24,000 nucleotides of DNA, taken from an uncultured Clostridium sp. (lineage in GTDB: Bacteria > Bacillota > Clostridia > Clostridiales > Clostridiaceae). The DNA lies in assembly GCA_937927335.1 (NCBI GenBank), contig CALBDU010000043.1, positions 75,326 through 99,325 of the forward strand, given 5' to 3'. Positions 16,868 to 24,000 of the stretch are shown here, piece by piece. The notes beneath the pieces were generated by a model. That model was not told where the DNA came from. It worked only from the letters and a program-made list of their open reading frames with translations, and ran no database searches. Numbering within the stretch: position 1 is the stretch's first letter; each line of letters opens with the position of its first letter. A program made the position numbers and the translations under genes.

Positions 16868-17928
16868 GAATTGCTGTAATTCCTGGAGACGGCATCGGGC
16901 CGGAAGTAACAGCCCAGGCTGTAAAGGTACTAAAAGCTGTTGAGAAAAAATACGATGTGAAATTTGAATTTGAAGAAGCTGAACTTGGAGGTCATGCTAT
17001 AGATAATATCGGTGTTCCACTTCCTGAGAACACTATTAACATATGTAAGAAAAGCTCAGCCATTCTTTTAGGAGCAGTAGGAGGTTCTAAATGGGACAGC
17101 CTTCCCTCTGATTTGAGACCTGAAGCTGGTTTACTGGGTTTAAGAAAAGCTCTGGGAGTTTACGCAAACCTTAGACCTGCCATACTATTTAAAGAGCTGG
17201 CAGCTGCTTCAAATCTGAAGATGGATGTATTAAAAGATGGTATTGATATTATGATCGTAAGAGAATTGATAGGCGGAGCTTATTTTGGAGAAAAGAAAAC
17301 TTATGAAGTTCCAGGGGGTAAAAAAGCCCTGGATACCATTGAATATACAAGTTTTGAAATAGAGAGAATTGCGAAAACTGCCTTCCAGGTTGCCAGAGGT
17401 AGAAATGGAAAGCTCACTTTAGTAGACAAGGCAAACGTACTCCATACCTCCAGGCTTTGGCGGGAGGTTACTGCAAAGGTTGCAGTGGACTACCCTGATG
17501 TAGAGCTCAATCATATGTATGTTGATAATGCAGCAATGCAGCTGATCAACAACCCAAAACAATTTGATACAATCCTTACTGAGAATATGTTTGGAGACAT
17601 TTTAAGTGATGAAGCTTCAATGCTTACCGGTTCATTAGGTATGCTGCCCTCTGCCAGTTTGGGAGAAAACTCCATTGGGCTTTATGAACCTATCCATGGT
17701 TCAGCTCCCGACATTGCCGGAATGGATCAGGCAAATCCTATAGGTACCATAATGAGTGCCGCCATGCTGCTGAGGTACAGCCTTTATTTGAATGCTGCTG
17801 CAGAAGCTATAGAAAAAGCAGTTTCAAATATTATTAAAAATGGGTACAGAACTGCAGATATTATGGAAGACGGAAAAATCCTCATTGGCACAAATGCTAT
17901 GGGAGATTATATAGCTGCAGAAATATAA
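16864..17928 (+). CDS. leuB: 3-isopropylmalate dehydrogenase
   Basis: [89 protein letters not shown] overlap with leuD. Confidence 0.96.
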   Translation: MRIAVIPGDGIGPEVTAQAVKVLKAVEKKYDVKFEFEEAELGGHAIDNIGVPLPENTINICKKSSAILLGAVGGSKWDSLPSDLRPEAGLLGLRKALGVYANLRPAILFKELAAASNLKMDVLKDGIDIMIVRELIGGAYFGEKKTYEVPGGKKALDTIEYTSFEIERIAKTAFQVARGRNGKLTLVDKANVLHTSRLWREVTAKVAVDYPDVELNHMYVDNAAMQLINNPKQFDTILTENMFGDILSDEASMLTGSLGMLPSASLGENSIGLYEPIHGSAPDIAGMDQANPIGTIMSAAMLLRYSLYLNAAAEAIEKAVSNIIKNGYRTADIMEDGKILIGTNAMGDYIAAEI

Positions 17929-17952
17929 CAGAGTGGTCCCCTCCCACTCTGT
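17928..17952. terminator. hairpin terminator between convergent leuB and the germinant receptor B-subunit gene
   Basis: ACAGAGTGG-tcccctc-CCACTCTGT: 9-bp stem. Followed by TATTTCTTT on the + strand. Overlaps both stop codons. Confidence 0.65.
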
Positions 17953-19034
17953 TATTTCTTTAATACAAATGCCATAACAAATAAGAATAATTCTAATCCC
18001 GTCTGTATAAACACGCCAATAAGCGGATAAGAATAAAAAGCAAAATTTAAAAGCTCCGCGTTGCTGTCAAAGGATATTATGCTTAAAACAAGTGCAAGGA
18101 GAGCTGAAGGATATGTAATACTTTTATAGGAGCTAAGGCCTGTTAGATCCGAGACCCCTTTGCAAAATGCCCACAACATATTTGCCACAGTTATTATACC
18201 TGCCCCTATGGCTATTATCATCCATATAATTTCCACACGCTGGATAATATCACCTATATCAATCATTCTGGTTAACTGCCAACCCACATTTACCAGGTTC
18301 CCAGCCTGGTCGCAGCCAAAAACTCCCACACCGAAAGAAACAAGTATAGATATAATAAAAGCTCCCATACTAACTGCAATAAACTTAGCAATAAACCCAT
18401 TTTCCTGTTTACTGCATATTGGGGAATACATGCCCATGATAATGCATATCCCATAATATGATACTAAAAATATTGATCCTGTAATAAATGGATAAGTGCC
18501 ATTTACCAGCTGAGGCTTAATTTGATTTATGTCCACCAGGGGAAAAATAAATATCAACAGCAGCAGCAGGCTTATAAAATATACCGGCCCTAAAATTTCA
18601 CATGCTCTTGCTATTGTTTCTATCCCTTTTTTTACAGCATAGGAAGCAAATATGAATCCAGTTAGTATAACAAGCTGCATTGGTGTATTGGGCAATATAA
18701 CATTTGAAATAAGCATGCCTATGGATCGCATAAGAAATGAAGCAACCATTAAAAAGAAAAGACAAAATAAAAAGCCAACCAGTTTCCCAAAAAAATTTCC
18801 CAAAATCGTTACACTGTACTGCATCATATTCTGTCCCGGGAACCGCACTGCCATATATCCATAGACCAAAGCCAGCATTACATCCAGAAACCAGGCCCCC
18901 AATGCAGATAGCCATGCATCTCTTCCTGCGTGATATATAAGCATTCCCAGAATCTGAAGGGTTGTAAAAGAGGTAATTATAGTAAACAGCATCCAAACAA
19001 ACTGATTTGTACTTATAATTTCCTTATTATTCAT
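17952..19034 (-). CDS. spore germinant receptor B subunit (GerAB/GerKB family, APC-superfamily spore permease)
   Basis: 360-aa polytopic membrane protein (~10 hydrophobic segments). N-terminus ISTNQFVWMLFTIITSFTTLQ is typical of the Spore_permease family. Last gene of a gerA-type operon. AAGGTGGTG RBS. Confidence 0.85.
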   Translation of the reverse strand: MNNKEIISTNQFVWMLFTIITSFTTLQILGMLIYHAGRDAWLSALGAWFLDVMLALVYGYMAVRFPGQNMMQYSVTILGNFFGKLVGFLFCLFFLMVASFLMRSIGMLISNVILPNTPMQLVILTGFIFASYAVKKGIETIARACEILGPVYFISLLLLLIFIFPLVDINQIKPQLVNGTYPFITGSIFLVSYYGICIIMGMYSPICSKQENGFIAKFIAVSMGAFIISILVSFGVGVFGCDQAGNLVNVGWQLTRMIDIGDIIQRVEIIWMIIAIGAGIITVANMLWAFCKGVSDLTGLSSYKSITYPSALLALVLSIISFDSNAELLNFAFYSYPLIGVFIQTGLELFLFVMAFVLKK

Positions 19035-19045
19035 AAAACACCACC

Positions 19046-19264
19046 TTAATGGTTTCTAAAAACAGCTCTGCCTATTGGGAAAAACAATTCCTTTAAAAGA
19101 ATTATGGGAGTAGGAATATCAACCATTTTAAATATTGAAAAGCATATGCTGAAGGCTGTTAACACAATTAATGAAGTAAAGTCTCTCCACAATTTTTGCC
19201 TCGCAGCAGCTATTGTTTCAATAAAAATCAATGCTGTAAAAATCAGTATTATGGTTAATAGCAT
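19046..19264 (-). CDS. small two-TM membrane protein, germinant-receptor D-subunit-like
   Basis: 72 aa with two hydrophobic helices (LLTIILIFTALIFIETIAAA; LIVLTAFSICFSIF). AAGGAGGG RBS 5 nt upstream. Sits between the C and B subunit genes with 12-nt gaps on each side. Confidence 0.6.
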   Translation of the reverse strand: MLLTIILIFTALIFIETIAAARQKLWRDFTSLIVLTAFSICFSIFKMVDIPTPIILLKELFFPIGRAVFRNH

Positions 19265-19276
19265 ACGTACCCTCCT

Positions 19277-20413
19277 TTATTGCCTTATCAGCGGCTTATA
19301 ATTAATGCGAATATTTCTCACTGTAGAGCTAACCTTGATATTGATGTTAATATCCTTGTAATAGGACGTGTTTTTCACAAAATAAACAGGGTAAGAAGCA
19401 TAAATGTATTTGCCAAACCCAAATATATCCTGTTTTAAGCTCAATGACTTTTTAACTGCTGCAGATATTTCCTCCTTGATTTTCTCGTTTTGAGCTTCTT
19501 CAATTTCTCGTAATAATGGTTCATTTAAAAAATCGGTTATAAACTGGCTTTCTTCAATATTGCATATGACATTGGTATTAATGTCTATATAAATCTTATC
19601 TCCATTTATGGAAGGCTTTATATTGGATCTTCCCCTGACTATCCTGGAGGATAGTTTTTTATTACCAAAGGAAATAGAAACAAGACCTCCCACTGGATTT
19701 CCCTTAACCCACCAAAGACCTCTGGCTTCATCTCCTGTTAACCAATCTGTCATTTTAGTGTCTTTAAATATTGCTATACTGCTTAAATCAAATATTTCAT
19801 TCTTATTTGCCGAGCTTTTGCTTGCAATATTTACATCTTTTATTTTTAAGCCTATGCCGGCTGTGAAGGCTTCACAGCCTGGAGAAGCCAGCAGTTCAAT
19901 AAAATCATTAATATTATTTGCCAGAGCATTAGGTGAATTTTTTCTATTTTTCAGCGTTTCCTCCAAAATAGTACCTGTATCAGAGCTAAAACCAAAGTCA
20001 GTACTGAAAATCCTGTTTAATTGCTCGTTTTTAGAAACTAATAATTTTGCTGTAGGCCTTATCTCGCCTTCACGCTGAAAAAAATCAATTACTGGCACTA
20101 TTCCTTTGGTTGATGCAAGCTCTTCGGATAATATAACCACCTTTGTATGTCCGAAATAAATCCTGTGATGCTGGTTTAGAGCCATTTTTTCAACTGCTTC
20201 AGATATAGTATCTCCGGATTCATTGAAAACATTAAAATTAGACTTGTTTTTTCCACCGGTTTCCTGTATTGTAACTTCAATTTTATTTTCACTATCCAGC
20301 CCTATTCCTAATAAGGTAACCACCGCCAGCCTTTCAGTTTCCGTTGAATCCCAGCATGCTGTAAAAGAAAATATTTGTATTAATATTAGAATTGCTGCCA
20401 TTTTACATTTCAA
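19277..20413 (-). CDS. spore germinant receptor C subunit (Ger(x)C family lipoprotein)
   Basis: Signal peptide with lipobox (ILILIQIFSFTAC). Length 378 aa, and its position after a GerA-family gene fits. Start overlaps the upstream gene's stop (ATGA). Confidence 0.85.
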   Translation of the reverse strand: MKCKMAAILILIQIFSFTACWDSTETERLAVVTLLGIGLDSENKIEVTIQETGGKNKSNFNVFNESGDTISEAVEKMALNQHHRIYFGHTKVVILSEELASTKGIVPVIDFFQREGEIRPTAKLLVSKNEQLNRIFSTDFGFSSDTGTILEETLKNRKNSPNALANNINDFIELLASPGCEAFTAGIGLKIKDVNIASKSSANKNEIFDLSSIAIFKDTKMTDWLTGDEARGLWWVKGNPVGGLVSISFGNKKLSSRIVRGRSNIKPSINGDKIYIDINTNVICNIEESQFITDFLNEPLLREIEEAQNEKIKEEISAAVKKSLSLKQDIFGFGKYIYASYPVYFVKNTSYYKDININIKVSSTVRNIRINYKPLIRQ

Positions 20414-21903
20414 GGCGTCCTCCCCCTGCCATCAATATTTGAAGAGATTCTTTCGGCAGCTTTAAACTTGGATAATGACCAAAACGGAAACCTGAGTATT
20501 GTATCTTTTAACCCTGCTGGATCAAGGGGTGCCAACGGATAGAGATAAGGAGTCCCGAAGCTTTTGATGGAGCACATATGAACAAGTATGAAAAGAAGTC
20601 CAAGCATTAGGCCATATAAACCCAGTATTGATGATAAAATTATCAAAGTAAACCTTAAAATACGCACAGAAAGTGAAATATTATATTGAGGTGCTGTAAA
20701 TGATGCAATAGCTGTAAGGGATACTACTATAACCATCAATGGAGATACCACTGAAGCCTGCACCGCAGCCTGGCCTATAACCAAGCCTCCAACTATGCTA
20801 ATAGCAGGTCCAACTGATCTTGGCAATCTTACTCCTGCTTCGCGAAGAATTTCAAATGCCATTTCCATGAGAAAGGCTTCAGCATAATTTGGCAAGGGTA
20901 CTCCTCTTCGCGCTATAATTATACTTTCCAGAAGTCTGGTTGGTATTAGTTCCTGATGAAAATTAACCACTGCAATATATAATGAAGGGAGTATCAGCGC
21001 TATGCTGAGAGTTAAATATCTAAGCAGCCTTATTAAGCTTGAAAATGTAAACCTGTTATAATAATCATCCGCAGATTGCAGCAAGGAAAAAAACTCCCCT
21101 GGGATTATTAAAACAACTGGGGTGTTATCTACAATAACAACAACTCTCCCTTCCATCAAAGCAGCACTGGCTGCATCAGGCCTGTCAGTACTCCTGACTT
21201 GAGGAAATACAGACAGCTTACTATCATTAATTTGTTCTTCAATATAGTTGCTCCCTGTTACATTGTCTGCACTAATTTTATTCAATCTATTTCTAACTTC
21301 ATTAATAAGTTCACTGGAACAAAGCCCCCGTATATAGCCTATACACAGCTTTGTACGGCTTATGCTGCCTAGAGTGAAGGATTCAAATATTAAATCGGAG
21401 TTATTTATTCTTCTTCTCACAAGGGATAAATTAACACCCATAACTTCAATGAAGGCATCCTTGGAACCCTTAACTGTGGGTTCCACTTCAGACTGGTCAA
21501 CTTTTCTGAATTCATATCCCTTTTCCTCAATTATTAAAACCTTTTCCAAACCATCAAATAAGATGGCGATATTGCCTTTTGCAATTTCATCAGCCAGATC
21601 CTTTATAGATGATTTTAACTTTATCTGGGTATTTGTAATAACATTTCCCGATAGTATTTCTGAAATTATTTCATTACCGCTCATAAGCCCTGATATATAA
21701 GAATCTACCAGCAATGATTTCATAATTTGCGAATCAATGTCGTTCTTGGAAACCATATTATCAAAGTAAATAATGGCCGCAGATATCTTTCCTTCCCTGC
21801 CTACATTAAAATTTCTTATTATAAGATCAGAGTTAATGCCGAGAATGCTTTTAATCTTGCTTATATTTACATGGAGGGATGTATTCAGTTTTGAATTAAT
21901 CAT
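20410..21903 (-). CDS. spore germinant receptor A subunit (GerA/GerKA family)
   Basis: 497 aa. Soluble N-terminal domain followed by a C-terminal membrane region (PRSVGPAISIVGGLVIGQAAVQASVVSPLMVIVVSLTAIASF), characteristic of GerA-family proteins. GGGGGAA RBS. Confidence 0.88.
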   Translation of the reverse strand: MINSKLNTSLHVNISKIKSILGINSDLIIRNFNVGREGKISAAIIYFDNMVSKNDIDSQIMKSLLVDSYISGLMSGNEIISEILSGNVITNTQIKLKSSIKDLADEIAKGNIAILFDGLEKVLIIEEKGYEFRKVDQSEVEPTVKGSKDAFIEVMGVNLSLVRRRINNSDLIFESFTLGSISRTKLCIGYIRGLCSSELINEVRNRLNKISADNVTGSNYIEEQINDSKLSVFPQVRSTDRPDAASAALMEGRVVVIVDNTPVVLIIPGEFFSLLQSADDYYNRFTFSSLIRLLRYLTLSIALILPSLYIAVVNFHQELIPTRLLESIIIARRGVPLPNYAEAFLMEMAFEILREAGVRLPRSVGPAISIVGGLVIGQAAVQASVVSPLMVIVVSLTAIASFTAPQYNISLSVRILRFTLIILSSILGLYGLMLGLLFILVHMCSIKSFGTPYLYPLAPLDPAGLKDTILRFPFWSLSKFKAAERISSNIDGRGRTP

Positions 21904-21990
21904 ACTCGTTCCCCCATTTCATAGAAATATGAATTTTATATAAATATTTTTCCAATGCGGTATTTAATTATGCATATTTGCAAAATAATA

Positions 21991-22027
21991 AAGGATATTA
22001 TAAAATATTGCATTTTATAATATCCTT
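21991..22027 (-). terminator. perfect 16-bp hairpin, probable - strand terminator downstream of the gcvT-like gene
   Basis: AAGGATATTATAAAAT-attgc-ATTTTATAATATCCTT. On the - strand it is followed by TATTATTTTG. On the + strand it is followed by AAAATCGAGG, which is not terminator-like. Confidence 0.5.
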
Positions 22028-22044
22028 AAAATCGAGGTGGTAGT

Positions 22045-22158
22045 ATGAAGTATGGAGGGTTCAGCAACTATTTATCAATGATAATTGGAATATCAATTGT
22101 AGTGGTTTGCTGTTCCATAGCTTATTTTTTTCAGAAAAACCTGTTTAAACGGAATTAG
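22045..22158 (+). CDS. possible 37-aa single-TM small protein (hypothetical)
   Basis: GAGGTGG lies 4 nt before the ATG. Translation: MKYGGFSNYLSMIIGISIVVVCCSIAYFFQKNLFKRN, with one clear hydrophobic helix and a basic tail. Weak support: it lies between a - strand gene and that gene's probable terminator. Confidence 0.3.
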   Translation: MKYGGFSNYLSMIIGISIVVVCCSIAYFFQKNLFKRN

Positions 22159-22159
22159 C

Positions 22160-23176
22160 TTATACAATGATCTTAGCTTCCACTAATTCATTTGTATCCT
22201 TCACAAATACCTTTGTACCTTTATTTGCATACTTTAACTCCAGCACCGCAACTCCCACTCCGGTTCCTTTTCTTGGAGAAAAGTGCCATGAAGTTACTGT
22301 ACCTACTTTTTTGTCGTTGGCAAATATACCTGCCCCGGGTGTTGGAATGCTTCCTTTTTCATTAAGCTGCAGAGAAACTACTTTTTTAGTTATACCTTTG
22401 CTGCTTTGCTTTAACAAAGCACTTTTACCGATAAAATCATCTTTATCGAATTTTATATAGTCTGCAAAGCCTGCTTCCAGAGGAGTTATATCTTCCAGTT
22501 CGTCTCCAAAGAGCAAATGAGCTTCATGCCTTAGGACGTCCCTGGTTTCAGCTCCCACAAATTTAATGCCTTCCTGTTCGCCTTCATTCAATATTTTGCG
22601 GCATATGTCTTTTCCATTTTCCCAGGATGTATATATTTCAAAACCATCCACACCGACACAGCCCATCCTTGAAAGCATACAGCTCTTGTTATCAACTATA
22701 ACATCTTCCATAAATGTAAAACGTTCAATTTTATTTAAGTTGGTCTCCGTAAGCTTTTGAAGTATTTTAACAGATTTAGGACCATGCACTGCAAGCTGAT
22801 AAAGAGACCCTGTAATATTTATTATACTTAGGTTCTGATAGCGTTTCCTATTAATGATCCACTTAAAAGTCTTCTCGATATTTCCGGAGTTGATTACAAA
22901 TAAATAATGACCCTCACCGAACTTGTATAGTATCATGGATTCCATTACAGCTCCATAAGGATAGCACATTAATGTATGAAGTCCCTCATTATTACTTAAA
23001 TGACTGATATCATTAGTTACCAGCTTTTGTATAAAAGAAAATGCATCTGCACCCTTGATTTCAATTTTTCCAATGCAAGACACATCAAAAAGTCCTGCAC
23101 TTTTTTTAACTGCATCATACTCATTTTTTATCCGCCTGATTTTCTCTGTCAATATAGTGTTGTTTAATTTTTCCAT
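22160..23176 (-). CDS. divergent GcvT-family (aminomethyltransferase / folate-binding) protein
   Basis: Homology to glycine-cleavage T protein along its length (AGLFDVS..G.IEIKG, YLFVINSGNIEK, LAVHGPKS, DGFEIY, RDVLRHEA, ITPLEAG, DFIGKSAL). The canonical DVSHM and GYTGE motifs are altered, and the N-terminal ..GW.MP.. segment is absent. TAGGAGG RBS. Confidence 0.8.
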   Translation of the reverse strand: MEKLNNTILTEKIRRIKNEYDAVKKSAGLFDVSCIGKIEIKGADAFSFIQKLVTNDISHLSNNEGLHTLMCYPYGAVMESMILYKFGEGHYLFVINSGNIEKTFKWIINRKRYQNLSIINITGSLYQLAVHGPKSVKILQKLTETNLNKIERFTFMEDVIVDNKSCMLSRMGCVGVDGFEIYTSWENGKDICRKILNEGEQEGIKFVGAETRDVLRHEAHLLFGDELEDITPLEAGFADYIKFDKDDFIGKSALLKQSSKGITKKVVSLQLNEKGSIPTPGAGIFANDKKVGTVTSWHFSPRKGTGVGVAVLELKYANKGTKVFVKDTNELVEAKIIV

Positions 23177-23201
23177 AATTTTACCTCCTAAAGTGAAAAC
23201 T

Positions 23202-23418
23202 AAAAAAATATGGAAAAGACCATATGGGGCTACTGTCCCATATGGCCTCTGTTATTAACCTGAGAGCTTTGATTTAGCAATCTTTCCCCGACGGTTCTGT
23301 CTTATTATCGCAGATTTTCAGAGTTATGTCCTACAGCAGTTCTTTTACCTGATAGTTTCTGGCAGTTTGGACCTGCCATTGCCTCTTCGGTTAACATAAA
23401 TGTTATCTCCTGCTGCAA
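23202..23418 (-). promoter_or_regulatory. glycine riboswitch (apparently tandem aptamers) with terminator, leader of the gcvT-like gene
   Basis: Read on the - strand. Aptamer 1: GCAGGAGA..ACCGAAGAGGCAA..ATCAGGTAAAAGAACTGC. Aptamer 2: CTCTGAAAAT..ACCGTCGGGGAAAG..CTCTCAGGTTAATAACAGAG. Then hairpin CCATATGGG-acagtag-CCCCATATGG and a U-rich tract ending ~25 nt before the RBS. The match to the GGAGA/ACCGAAGGGGCAA/CUCAGG consensus was judged by eye only. Confidence 0.65.
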
Positions 23419-23520
23419 TCATCCATCAATATTTAATTATCTTTTCAATATTTTTTAACAAAATCATTATAACAAAGATTTGAAGGATAGTATATACTCT
23501 ATCATAACTTTAATAAATAC

Positions 23521-24000
23521 TTAATACTTTCCTGCAGCACCTTTTTTTCTTATATAAATAAACCAGTAAACTGCAGCTACGAAAATGCCTCCGCCCACAA
23601 TATTGCCCAGAGTCACGGGCACCAGGTTATTTACTGCAAAGGTCCCCCAATTAAGGTGTTGCAGCTTTTCTGCAGTAATTCCAAGGGCTCCTGCAGAATC
23701 AGCAAAGATTTTGGTTCCCTTAGCCATAATTCCTGCCGGTATATAGTACATATTTGCAACGCTGTGCTCGAAGCCTGAGGTTATAAAAAGCCATATGGGA
23801 AAGAAAACAGCCAGAAGCTTTCCCGCCATATCCTTTGCACCATAACTCATCCAAACTGCCAGGCATACCAGCCAGTTGCACATTATTCCAAGGTAAAATG
23901 CTTCCATGAAGCTAAGTCCTACCTTATAGCTGGCGATCTTTATTGTAATTCCTCCAAGAAGCCCGCCGCTGCTGCTGAACAGGCCTGACATATTCATCAT
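23521..24000 (-). CDS. formate/nitrite transporter (FNT) family channel, C-terminal part (5' end outside window)
   Basis: FNT signature FITSGFEHSVANMYYIPAG, plus flanking TM helices (CNWLVCLAVW, VTLGNIVGGGIFVA). The ORF runs to the right window edge. Confidence 0.85.
   Translation of the reverse strand: MMNMSGLFSSSGGLLGGITIKIASYKVGLSFMEAFYLGIMCNWLVCLAVWMSYGAKDMAGKLLAVFFPIWLFITSGFEHSVANMYYIPAGIMAKGTKIFADSAGALGITAEKLQHLNWGTFAVNNLVPVTLGNIVGGGIFVAAVYWFIYIRKKGAAGKY

Overview
AT-rich chromosomal segment from a spore-forming Firmicute, Clostridium-like. This is supported by germinant-receptor genes, T-box leaders and Shine-Dalgarno sites of the AGGAGG/GGTG type. I saw no mobile elements, CRISPR arrays or recognisable defence genes. 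Left to right: (1) A sigma-54 enhancer-binding protein whose reading frame runs off the left edge. (2) One tightly packed + strand operon: FrhB-like Fe-S protein, ketopantoate-reductase-like protein, fused NikMN/LarMN-type nickel ECF S-component, ECF T-component, ECF ATPase, LarE and LarB. These last two are nickel-pincer (NPN) cofactor biosynthesis genes; no larA or larC is present in the window. (3) A convergent OmpR-type response regulator and histidine kinase pair, plus an HD-domain hydrolase, on the - strand. (4) A branched-chain amino-acid cluster, ilvC-ilvE-leuC-leuD-leuB, controlled by four T-box riboswitches. From the specifier loops I read them as Ile (AUC), Ile (AUC), Leu (CUC) and Leu (CUC); the two Leu elements are a tandem duplicate. 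(5) A - strand germinant-receptor operon in A-C-D-B order. (6) A divergent stand-alone GcvT-family gene behind an apparent tandem glycine riboswitch. (7) The 3' part of a formate/nitrite-transporter-family gene. The most interesting signal is absent from the supplied ORF track: two paralogous small ORFs of 47 and 58 aa with strong ribosome-binding sites. They share a VxAGGxxYYQxL core and an identical C-terminus, EYSATFMMF. One follows ilvE; the other sits between the tandem Leu T-boxes and leuC, where leuA would normally be. Their nucleotide differences are mostly synonymous or conservative, which argues that they are translated. I do not recognise the family.
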